A DNA stretch of 64,000 nt from Candidatus Latescibacterota bacterium (GTDB lineage Bacteria; Latescibacterota; UBA2968; UBA8231). The translations under genes were made by a program, and so were the position numbers. The notes beneath the pieces are model-generated. The model was given only the letters and a program-made list of their open reading frames with translations. It did no database searches and was not told the DNA's origin. The stretch spans positions 1,216,001-1,280,000 of the forward strand of contig CBDETY010000003.1 in the NCBI GenBank assembly GCA_965243025.1, read 5' to 3'. This document shows positions 50,840 to 59,189 of the stretch, one piece after another. Numbering within the stretch: the first letter of the stretch is position 1; each line of letters begins with the position of its first letter.

Positions 50840-50971
50840 GATCAAAACACTGGGTTCAATGTACTCCTGCTGCGGATGGAGAGTCAAAATCGGTTTCGGG
50901 GTTCACGAGGGATCGCCATGTGAAAGAGATGATGTCGGTTTTTACGTTTCTCGGCGGCAGCGAGGCGGATC

Positions 50972-51887
50972 ATGAAGGGTTGCGGTGTCGTTTCTCTTGC
51001 GGTCCTGGCAGCTTCCCTGTCGACCGCATTTTCCCAGATGCGCTGGGATATTCGGGCGGCGGACCACTACGAATGGACCGGCGGCAGGGCCTTTCTCGTG
51101 AATCATCCCACCTCGACCCGGGATCTGCGCGAAAAGTCCCGGCAAGGCATCGAGGCCCTGGCGCGCCGGTTCGCCCCGGAAGAGGCGATCATGGTGGTCC
51201 ACCACGGACCCTTCGCGAAAAATCCCCTCAATGCAGGGGAGTCCGCCCGCCGCTACTACCTCTCCGGCGACGACGTGGGCCTGATCGTGCGCAGCCCCTC
51301 CGGGGAGCACCCCCTGCAGTTTCCGGAGGGGGCGACGGTCTATCTGGCTGGGGGCGGCTTCCTCCTCTGCCTTTTGCGGGGCGTTCCGGGATGTCCTGCG
51401 CGGAACCTCCGGGGACGCGGCGGCCGTGTTCGTGACCGATGGCATCTATCACACCCTGTCGAGGTTCGCACCTGCTGTCGCGGAGATGACCGAGGAGGAG
51501 TTGGAGGTTGCCCTGGATGCAAGGGTGCCCTTGCTGGGTGATTCTATGCAATTCCTCAGTGGCCTCGGCTTCCTCCGGTTTCTGCGCGAACGCCTGCTCG
51601 GATCGGGCGGCGACAGGGGGATCTGCCCGTTTCAGCCGGAAAGTCCGGGCGACCGCCTCCCGCTTCGAGCGGAGTCGCTCACCTTCCACGTCTTCAACGA
51701 AGCGGGCTACCTCGGTCCGATCGCCGGCGGGGAAAGGGAAATCGCGTTGCATTTTCTGCCCTCCCGGCGGGTTCCCGATCCCGCCCTCGAGGGCGGGGCC
51801 GGCGCCGCTGCCGCAATCCGGCGGCGGACGTGGGGAATCATCAGGGGGACTCGACAGCCGCGGTCCGCAACTGTGCGAGCTCCTTGA
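50972..51887 (+). pseudogene. Hypothetical exported protein split by a frameshift near 51372-51375
   Basis: Protein-like frame to GGGFLLCL continues as CGAFRDVLRG...VFVTDGIY in the next frame if one T of CTTTTG is removed. Confidence 0.55.
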
Positions 51888-52505
51888 TGGCGGCGTTGCC
51901 GGGGTCGTCCCCGCTATTCCGGCGGCTCTCCCATTCGGCCAGGGCAACCTCGACAGCTGCCTCGTCGCCGCGGCGCCAGATCGTCACGGTGGGGCGGTCG
52001 AACGCCGTCATCGTCGGTTCGTCGTACGCTCTGGGGAACCCCACCGGTCCCGCCGGGGGGCCCCTGCCGGACAAGCGGGGGAACATCCTCGACCTCGACG
52101 GCCGGCCGTGCCTGCACCAAAAAGAACCGGGCCGAGTTCCCGGGGTCGGCGGCGGGTGTCCCCCATTTCGCGGAACCCCTGCGCAGATTGGGTCGTCACA
52201 CCGTTCTCCGGCCGGGCCCGCGCCGGCAGCCGTGGCCTGAACGACATCGGTTCCCCGGACCGTTACAGGAGCCGGCACCGTCGATCGCGCTCATTCCCGA
52301 TGGGCTCCCGGCGGTGCCGATGGGATTCCCGATCCATCCGGCAGGGTCCCGGACAAGCAGGGACCGGTCCACGGTCTCCCGGTCTCCAGACCGTGACCGG
52401 ACAGCGTCACACGACCGGATGAACCTTCACCTTCCCTTAACAAGGCACCCTTTTTTTCGAAAGTAGCGGGAGCCGCTCCCCGCCTCACCGACAGTCCTTC
52501 CCCGA

Positions 52506-53327
52506 ATGCCCCAGACCTTCACGGTCCTGATACCGTACTACAACGAGGAGGCATTCCTCGAGCGGACGCTTGCCTCATGGAGAGCGCAGACACGGCCCCC
52601 GGAAAGGATCGTCGCCGTCGACAATGGCTCGACGGACAGGTCGCAACAGGTCTGCCGCTCCACCCTGGCCGGCTGGGACGTGCCCGAGGTCATTCACCTG
52701 ACGGAAAACAGGCCCGGAAAGATCCACGCGCTGCAGGCAGGGTGCGCCCACCTGGCCGGGACGTTCGTGGTTCTGGCAGACGCCGATACCTGGTACCCGC
52801 CGCATTATCTCGCCTTGTGCGAAAAGCTCGCGGACGACCAATCCGAAAGCGCCGTCTCCCTGATGGCGCTGCCGGCGGCTGACGCGGACACGGTGCCGTC
52901 GCGGCTCCGCAGGAGGGCGGTGGTGATGCTTGCCAGGCTGTTCCGCCGCCAGGGGTTCGTGGGGGGGTACGGCCAGATCCTGAGGAGGGACGTCCTGCAG
53001 CGAGCGGGGGGATTCTCGACGCGCTACTGGAGCTACGTCCTTCTCGATCACGAGATCCTCAACCGCGTGTTTCGGTACGGGTACGCCTTGCATCACGTCG
53101 ACCTGTGGTGCCGGCCTTCCAGGCGGCGGGGAAACCGCAGCAGGGTGCGCTGGAACCTGTTCGAGCGCACCCTCTACCACCTCGTCCCCTACCGCCTTCA
53201 CGACTGGTACTTCTACGATTTCCTCGATTTCCTCGCCCCGAGGCTGGCGGACAGGGGCCTCGATCAGTTGAAGCTGCGCGAGCAGCCCTGGCAACGGCAG
53301 CCGGTCCAGGAGGGGAGGGAGATCTGA
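52506..53327 (+). CDS. Glycosyltransferase family 2
   Basis: VLIPYYNEE, VDNGSTD, GK..AL, ADAD, GGF. Confidence 0.9.
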   Translation: MPQTFTVLIPYYNEEAFLERTLASWRAQTRPPERIVAVDNGSTDRSQQVCRSTLAGWDVPEVIHLTENRPGKIHALQAGCAHLAGTFVVLADADTWYPPHYLALCEKLADDQSESAVSLMALPAADADTVPSRLRRRAVVMLARLFRRQGFVGGYGQILRRDVLQRAGGFSTRYWSYVLLDHEILNRVFRYGYALHHVDLWCRPSRRRGNRSRVRWNLFERTLYHLVPYRLHDWYFYDFLDFLAPRLADRGLDQLKLREQPWQRQPVQEGREI

Positions 53328-54106
53328 AAGCGTCCCGTCCCGCGTTGCCGCGGCGGGGCAGGCGGGGACCTGGCGCCCCGGGCCTGTACGGGAAGCTGTT
53401 CTGGGCCGGGGTGGCGGTCTGCATTCCTGCCGACGACGGCGCCAGGGCGGAGCGGGACCGGGGATCTCCACTGCCGATCGTTGTGGCCGACTTCGAGTCG
53501 CAGACACCGGGCGTGCATCCTGTCGGGTGGAAGTACCTGCACGAGCGCCGGCTGGTTCCGTTCGGGCCGAGGTTCAACCGCCCCGACGAACGCTTTCTGG
53601 TCGCCAGGAACGGCGGCGACACCTTTGTCAGCTCCCGCACTTCGGGGGAGGCGATCCGCATCATCCTGCCCAACGGGGATGGATACCGCTGGCGTCTCGA
53701 GACCCACCCACGCCTGCAGTGGAGCTGGAGGGCGCGCGTTCTGCCCCAGGGGGCCCGGGAGGACCGCCGCGAACGCAACGATACCGGCGCCGCCCTGTAT
53801 GTCACGATGTCGCGGGACTGGCTGGGACGCCCGCGGACGATCAAGTACTCCTACAGCTCGACCCTCCCTGTCGGATCGACCGCTTCGTACGGCAACCTGA
53901 AGGTCCTGGTGGTGGCGAGCGCCCGTGACGGAGTGGGGGTCTGGCAGACCGTGGTCCGCGACGTCGTCGAGGACTACCGGTCCCTGTTCGGAGGGAGACC
54001 GCCCCCGGAGCCGGCCGCCATCGCCCTCTGGAACGACTCCGACTCCACGCAGCTGGCCGCGGAAAGCGATTTCGACGACATCCTGCTGCTGCCTTCCGGG
54101 CGCTGA
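53324..54106 (+). CDS. DUF3047 domain protein
   Basis: P.L.W.WR...LP.G..E....ND..A.LYV, I.Y.YS..LPVG, W....RDV..DY..LFG, IAL..DSD; start uncertain (CTGA overlap, strong SD). Confidence 0.8.
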   Translation: MKASRPALPRRGRRGPGAPGLYGKLFWAGVAVCIPADDGARAERDRGSPLPIVVADFESQTPGVHPVGWKYLHERRLVPFGPRFNRPDERFLVARNGGDTFVSSRTSGEAIRIILPNGDGYRWRLETHPRLQWSWRARVLPQGAREDRRERNDTGAALYVTMSRDWLGRPRTIKYSYSSTLPVGSTASYGNLKVLVVASARDGVGVWQTVVRDVVEDYRSLFGGRPPPEPAAIALWNDSDSTQLAAESDFDDILLLPSGR

Positions 54107-54109
54107 CCC

Positions 54110-55161
54110 GTGCTGACTCCGCTCTTCGGGCGCCTGCGGCCCTTCGTCCGCTGCATCGGGACCCACGGACACGCGGTACTGGCGGGCGCCCTCCTGCTGA
54201 CGCTGGCCTGTACCCCGCTGGCCCTGCGCCTGGAGATCGACGCCGAGCTCTCCAACCTGCTGCCCCCGGATTACCCCACCATCCAGGCGCTCGAGCGCCT
54301 GCGCGAGACCATCGGCGGCGGGGAGGACGTCGCCGTTGCCGTATCGAGCCCGGATTTCGCCGCCAACCGCGCCTTCGCCGAGACCCTGATTGAGGCCGCC
54401 ATGAGGCTGCGCTCACCCGAAGGCGAGCCCTGCTTCAGCCGCTTCGAGTACCGCCGCGACACCGGGTTCCTCGAGCGCAACGCCCTCTACTTCGCGACCG
54501 GCGAAGAGCTCGATGCCCTGGAGGAGTATCTCGACGTGCGGCTGGCGCGGGCGCGGCTCGAATCCAGCCCCCTCTACTTCGACCTGGAGGAGGGTGGAAA
54601 GTCCGGGGAGGACTCCCTGGCGCGGCGCCTGGAGAGTACCTACGGCCGCCTCGTCCCCGGGGAGTACCCGGTTTCGCCGGACAGCACGGTGCTGGCGGTG
54701 AGGTTTCACCCCTCGGTGTCCCAGACCGACTTCGAGCAGATCCGGCAGGTTTACGCCGCCCTCGACTCGCTGGCCGCCGCCCTTGAGCCGGAAACCTTTC
54801 ACCCCGCCATGGAGGTCACCACCGCCGGCCGCCTGCTGCGGCGGCTGCACGAGATCAGGGCGATCTCCAGCGATGTCGGACGTTCGTTCGGGGCCGGGGT
54901 GCTCGCCGTCCTGGTTGCCGTGGTGCTCTACTTCTCCTGCAAGTCGTATGCGCCCTCGCCGGGGAGGTCCCGCGCCGCCAGCCTTGCCGCCATTGTCGGG
55001 CGAATGCCGGTATTGGCGGTCGTAATCGGTCTGCCCTTCCTGATGAGCCTGAGCTGGACCTTTGCGGTTACCTACCTGTGGCTGGGCGGGCTCAACCTGA
55101 TGACTTCGACACTGGCGCTGCTTCTGTTCGGGCTGGGAATCGACTACGGGATACACTTTTA
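54110..55161 (+). pseudogene. MMPL/RND family transporter, 5' part (interrupted by transposon)
   Basis: L.ID..LSNLLP.D, LLFGLGIDYGIHF, then a stop created at the insertion junction. Confidence 0.9.
55154..55161 (+). repeat. Target-site duplication, left copy (CACTTTTA)
   Basis: Identical 8-mer at 61166-61173. Confidence 0.95.
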
Positions 55162-55185
55162 GGAACTTATACCGGTGGGTTACGG
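55162..55185 (+). repeat. Terminal inverted repeat (left)
   Basis: GGAACTTATACCGGTGGGTTACGG. Confidence 0.95.
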
Positions 55186-55269
55186 AAGCTGATTTCTTAG
55201 CTTTCAGCTTCCCGGCGTGAGAGCCGAAAAAAAGGGCCTCAGGGAAACACTTTGAAGGGGAGATGTCCT

Positions 55270-55569
55270 ATGGCCGCTTACCAGACATTTCATCAGGCAT
55301 ATGATGAAGCCATTCTGAGAATCGGATGGAAACAGATACAGAATGGAGCAGCCGCATTTCAGGAGGTGGAATTAGAGATAGAGTCCGTATTAGTTTCAGA
55401 ACTACGATCTCATAAGAAGGCTCGTTTTATCGAGGTCAATAATGCGTTAATGATTCAGCTGACTGATGACGGGAAAAACGCCTTTATTGCATTGGCAATG
55501 GAGCGGAAACAATCAGCTGATCAGTACACAGAAAAGAGCTTGATGGAGGCTCTCTTACTCACCTCCTGA
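55270..55569 (+). CDS. Hypothetical passenger protein
   Basis: 99 aa, SD GGAG, lower GC. Confidence 0.65.
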   Translation: MAAYQTFHQAYDEAILRIGWKQIQNGAAAFQEVELEIESVLVSELRSHKKARFIEVNNALMIQLTDDGKNAFIALAMERKQSADQYTEKSLMEALLLTS

Positions 55570-55767
55570 TTCTTCCTCACCTTCCGTGCCGCTTCTGTCA
55601 CCTTGTATCCGCTCGATCTCTAACAGCTTCAAGCAGAGATCGATACGTTGATTAAGACAGTTACTCGGATCCGCGATGAACTTTTTCAGATCCATCTTTA
55701 GGCTGAGTACTGCCGCATCTGTGCTGAGTGACGGTTGTTCTTTTTTGCTGGTTTCCACTTGAATCAT
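55555..55767 (-). CDS. Hypothetical passenger protein
   Basis: 70 aa; AAGGAG immediately upstream of the ATG. Confidence 0.55.
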   Translation of the reverse strand: MIQVETSKKEQPSLSTDAAVLSLKMDLKKFIADPSNCLNQRIDLCLKLLEIERIQGDRSGTEGEEESGGE

Positions 55768-55781
55768 TCTCCTTGAGCGTG

Positions 55782-55816
55782 AAAAACGTCCCTCCGCGCA
55801 GGAGCAGAGGGGCGTT
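55782..55816 (-). terminator. Intrinsic terminator after passenger operon
   Basis: Minus strand AACGCCCCTC...GAGGGACGTT followed by a T-run. Confidence 0.65.
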
Positions 55817-55843
55817 GGTGTTTTCGATTCGCGTCAGGTTGAC

Positions 55844-56095
55844 CTATTTCAGGCGCCGGTAGAAGCCATCCTGAATCATCTCGATTTTACCCTGACGTGG
55901 AAGTTGTCGAGTCAAAACTTCTGAAAGAGAATTATATGGGTTCTCTGCTCTTGATTTTGTCTTTTTCAAAATCCTGTCAAACCGAACCCTGACCTTGAGA
56001 TCGGCAGCATAGAAAGTGCACCCGCAGGGTACGAAACTCACGATTTCATCCCATACGGCTTGTTTCCATGAGATTCTCTTTTCAGACTGGCTCAT
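55844..56095 (-). CDS. Small winged-helix protein (DpnI-C-terminal-like)
   Basis: SWKQAV...TF...L...NP.NSLS.VL.R.L...G.IEMI.DG.YR. Confidence 0.6.
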   Translation of the reverse strand: MSQSEKRISWKQAVWDEIVSFVPCGCTFYAADLKVRVRFDRILKKTKSRAENPYNSLSEVLTRQLPRQGKIEMIQDGFYRRLK

Positions 56096-56193
56096 CTTGC
56101 TCGGTTCCGCCTCCTTCCCGGTTCCGGTTCGGCGAATCCGCTCACCGGTCATGACCGGTCAGGGATCGCCAGCAAGCCGGTGGGGTTCCCCCT

Positions 56194-56433
56194 CTATGTA
56201 GATATGGATACGGAAAGGAATGATCCAGATCGGCTTGGATGTATTATCAATAAATTTGCTTCATGCGGTTTTCGATCTATGTGATGATTCCACTCATCGA
56301 TTCCGGACTTGATGGTGGCCGGGGTCAGGAGGCGCCAGCTTTTCTGGTCAGCCACCATCTCGCGGAGGGAATTGCTCTTCCTTGACTTGAAATCTTCCCC
56401 TCCTACCAGAATTTCAGCATAACAAAGGTCCAT
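56194..56433 (-). CDS. Hypothetical passenger protein
   Basis: 79-aa ORF in a tightly packed minus-strand run. Confidence 0.45.
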   Translation of the reverse strand: MDLCYAEILVGGEDFKSRKSNSLREMVADQKSWRLLTPATIKSGIDEWNHHIDRKPHEANLLIIHPSRSGSFLSVSIST

Positions 56434-56738
56434 CTAAGCCACTCGGATAGGGATTTTCGTCTAGAAAGACGTGGGTTAGGGGATAGTATGTTAGGTTCCT
56501 CGCATAGCCTACGGATAAGACTCATGTCTTTTGTGATCGTCTCATTGAGGAGGTGTAATGATTCCCTAGGCATACCCGATCCATTATCTTCCGAAGCTAG
56601 GCCAATGGTGTTTCTAAGGTGAGATTGGATGTCCTCAGTTGACATGCCTCTGCTCTTAAAGTCTCTGGCACACATTAGAGCAACGATAATTCTAAGAGAG
56701 TATATGTGTGCCAGTAGCTGATGTTCTTGACATGACAT
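56403..56738 (-). CDS. Hypothetical passenger protein
   Basis: 111 aa, SD GAGG, 3 bp from upstream ORF. Confidence 0.55.
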   Translation of the reverse strand: MSCQEHQLLAHIYSLRIIVALMCARDFKSRGMSTEDIQSHLRNTIGLASEDNGSGMPRESLHLLNETITKDMSLIRRLCEEPNILSPNPRLSRRKSLSEWLRWTFVMLKFW

Positions 56739-56741
56739 ATA

Positions 56742-56996
56742 TCATACCTCTGGTATGTTAAATTCATCCACTATATTCTGTACTGGAATGTCTCTGTTAA
56801 TACACCACTCAACGGCCGATTGCGTTGTGAAAAGAACTTTCCAACTATTCGTCCTATCTTGAGTCAAATAATAGATGTTTCCTCTGGATCGGTACCGAAA
56901 TAGCTTTTCGAGTTTGGTGGAACATGTGTCTATGGGTTCCGCATTCTCGGTGTTAAAAGCCATCTGTCCGTCAATAGTCTCTCCGATTATTTTCAT
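56742..56996 (-). CDS. Hypothetical passenger protein
   Basis: 84 aa, SD GGGAG; E.LFR..S.G..YL pattern. Confidence 0.65.
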   Translation of the reverse strand: MKIIGETIDGQMAFNTENAEPIDTCSTKLEKLFRYRSRGNIYYLTQDRTNSWKVLFTTQSAVEWCINRDIPVQNIVDEFNIPEV

Positions 56997-57005
56997 AATA
57001 CTCCC

Positions 57006-57287
57006 TCAGTCTCGTAGATCCGGGACCACAGCGGCGACTCTCGCCGCTATTCCAGTCTGACGGCCCAGAGCGGATAGCTCGCTCAGGGCCTTCTGGCGTT
57101 TCTGCTCCGCCCGATTGCAAGACATGGCTACCTGATGGATTTCTTCATGGTATGGACGCGAGAGGAGATGGGCGAACTCCGGCTTGCGGTTAGTGTCATG
57201 CACAATCCACGACCGCGCTCTTCCAGTTACCCGGTAGCTAACCTGAATCGCCATCAGCCGGTCCTTTCGATCCTTCTGAGGTGTCAT
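57006..57287 (-). CDS. Hypothetical passenger protein
   Basis: Up to 93 aa; likely internal start MAIQVSY. Confidence 0.5.
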   Translation of the reverse strand: MTPQKDRKDRLMAIQVSYRVTGRARSWIVHDTNRKPEFAHLLSRPYHEEIHQVAMSCNRAEQKRQKALSELSALGRQTGIAARVAAVVPDLRD

Positions 57288-57441
57288 CTGGCCGATTGGG
57301 CTTACGCAGCGACGGATCTGGCGGGTTGGCGGTGGCGAAGATGGCCTGAGCCAGCTCCTCCGGGGTGCAGTCGATCTTCAGGCGCCACTCAGGGCGGCCC
57401 TTCTGCTTGGCGCTGTCGTCTGAATCTGCGCGGTCAGTCAT
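57238..57441 (-). CDS. Small IS1595-associated ORF
   Basis: GRPE..LKID.TPEELA.AIF motif, recalled from small ORFs near IS1595 transposases (unverified). Confidence 0.55.
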   Translation of the reverse strand: MTDRADSDDSAKQKGRPEWRLKIDCTPEELAQAIFATANPPDPSLRKPNRPDDTSEGSKGPADGDSG

Positions 57442-57462
57442 GCTCGGAAATTACCCCCCGGC

Positions 57463-58293
57463 TCATTCTGGGTCAATTACGAAAGCGTCGTAGGAGACGG
57501 GCAGGCTGACCCGCTGGCCTACGGCCTGAAGATGCTCTATTCCATTAGAAGGTTCTTCTGTGAATCCGAGCGGCTCCCACATGGCTGCGGAGTCCCGGAC
57601 CATGATGACGGCCCGCCCGTCAGGGGCCAACATCATGTGGATCTTGTCCACGTCCTTTGCGCTCAGGAGTCCGTCATGGCCGTGCAACACGAGGATCTGG
57701 TCGTACGGCTCCGTGGGATACCAGTGACCGAATGAGCAGTTGTGCAGCCGATCTGCGAATAACGGGTTCCTGCTGGCGCACACGCGGAGCATGTTTTCCG
57801 ACAGGTCGATTCCGCAGTAGTTCTGGGGTCGGATGTCCGGGCAGTTTCTCAGTAACCAGCCGGTGCCGCAGCCTACGTCGAGGATGCGCTGGCCGGTCAG
57901 ATCGCCCAACAGGGCCAGGAGGGGCTCGCCTCCGTGGTCATTAACCATTGCCTGATCGTACTGGTGGGCAACCTCATCATATGGCGTCTCGTAGTGCATC
58001 CGGGCGCGATTCAGGATGGTGGTTTTGGCTGGCGGCCATCCCATCGTCCAGTAGTAGTGCCCGTTCAGCGTCAGGCTGCGGTAGTACTGGCGATTACCGT
58101 ACCTGCGCCGGTAGCCGTAGGTCTGGACCATCTCCACGACTTCCTCGAACTCGTCCTCCGGCCAATTCACCCTGACGGTGTAGAAATGAGGTTTTTCGGG
58201 TATCGTCTTGGCGAATCGGAACGAGGCCGCGCCTACCAGCTCGGCCACCCGGAAAAGGCGCTCATGACTAATGGTGGGATCATTATCGAACAT
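57463..58293 (-). CDS. Class I SAM-dependent methyltransferase with N-terminal unknown domain
   Basis: YD..A..YD, ILDVGCGTG, GIDLS.NML, L.PDGR; N-terminal FAKT.P..PH.Y.VR...YWTMG...LNRA. Confidence 0.85.
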   Translation of the reverse strand: MFDNDPTISHERLFRVAELVGAASFRFAKTIPEKPHFYTVRVNWPEDEFEEVVEMVQTYGYRRRYGNRQYYRSLTLNGHYYWTMGWPPAKTTILNRARMHYETPYDEVAHQYDQAMVNDHGGEPLLALLGDLTGQRILDVGCGTGWLLRNCPDIRPQNYCGIDLSENMLRVCASRNPLFADRLHNCSFGHWYPTEPYDQILVLHGHDGLLSAKDVDKIHMMLAPDGRAVIMVRDSAAMWEPLGFTEEPSNGIEHLQAVGQRVSLPVSYDAFVIDPE

Positions 58294-58318
58294 GGCTGAT
58301 TCCTTGATAGGGGAAGGA

Positions 58319-58900
58319 CTACCCGGCCAGCAGAATGCCCAGATAACTGCCGTATCGGATCAGTCCATCGGGGTCCGTGATGACGATCTTGCCATCGGAA
58401 ATTTCACACGTCGGGGCCGTCTGGAAGGACGAGGCGAACAGCTCGCCCCAGGCACCAAACTCCATCCAGTTGGAGCCGCCTACATCGTCGTACCCGGTTA
58501 CGTCGACAATGTCCTCTGAGACCCTGCTGCGTTCCAGATAGACGCCGAGGATATTGTCTTCCGAGAAGTTTTCGTTCGTGATGGTCCAGGATCGGGCCCC
58601 TCGACTGTTCCCGGAACCCGCGTGAAGTCCTACTTCGATGAAGGCGAACAGATTCCCAAAGGTAGTGGTAGTACTGCCGGTATCGACCGCTACGGTGTCG
58701 TAAACCGTGACGGTGTTTGTGTCTGGATTATCGCCTTGGTAGACGACAGTTTCACCGGTGATATTGATCACCACACAGGCGGTGGTATCGGCGGCTTGTT
58801 CGGCGGTGGTCTTGGGAGAGGTGGCCGGGCCCATCGGGCCCTCGGGGCCCTGACAGGCCGACAGCAGGTAGGCGGCGAGCAGGATGGCTGAATACTGCAT
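58319..58900 (-). CDS. Lipoprotein with short collagen-like motif
   Basis: SD AAGGAG, lipobox LSAC, GPEGPMGPA, Thr-rich linker. Confidence 0.75.
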   Translation of the reverse strand: MQYSAILLAAYLLSACQGPEGPMGPATSPKTTAEQAADTTACVVINITGETVVYQGDNPDTNTVTVYDTVAVDTGSTTTTFGNLFAFIEVGLHAGSGNSRGARSWTITNENFSEDNILGVYLERSRVSEDIVDVTGYDDVGGSNWMEFGAWGELFASSFQTAPTCEISDGKIVITDPDGLIRYGSYLGILLAG

Positions 58901-59189
58901 GGTCCCTGTCTCCTTGAGGCGGGTGGGTTGACCCCGGCTCCGCTGTGGGGCCGGGCCTTGTCAAGCCTACACGCCAAGAGACAGCGGGAAGGATCCTGCT
59001 ATTCGCCAGCTGAGAGGTAGCTAGCCCCCCAGCTCGGATGGTACGGCTGTTGTATTCACAGGAGACCCGACATCAGGGACCTCCTGACGCATAGACTTGA
59101 CGGGTGGTAATTTGCAGCCTGAGCGGCTGGCCATCAAGTCAATTCTGCGCTAATTGCTTATTCCAGCTTGTGTTAGGTGGTTGATCTCG

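Noticed and set aside
51841-52500. Possible small gene or remnant
   Set aside because: No recognisable motif or clear RBS; cannot be supported.
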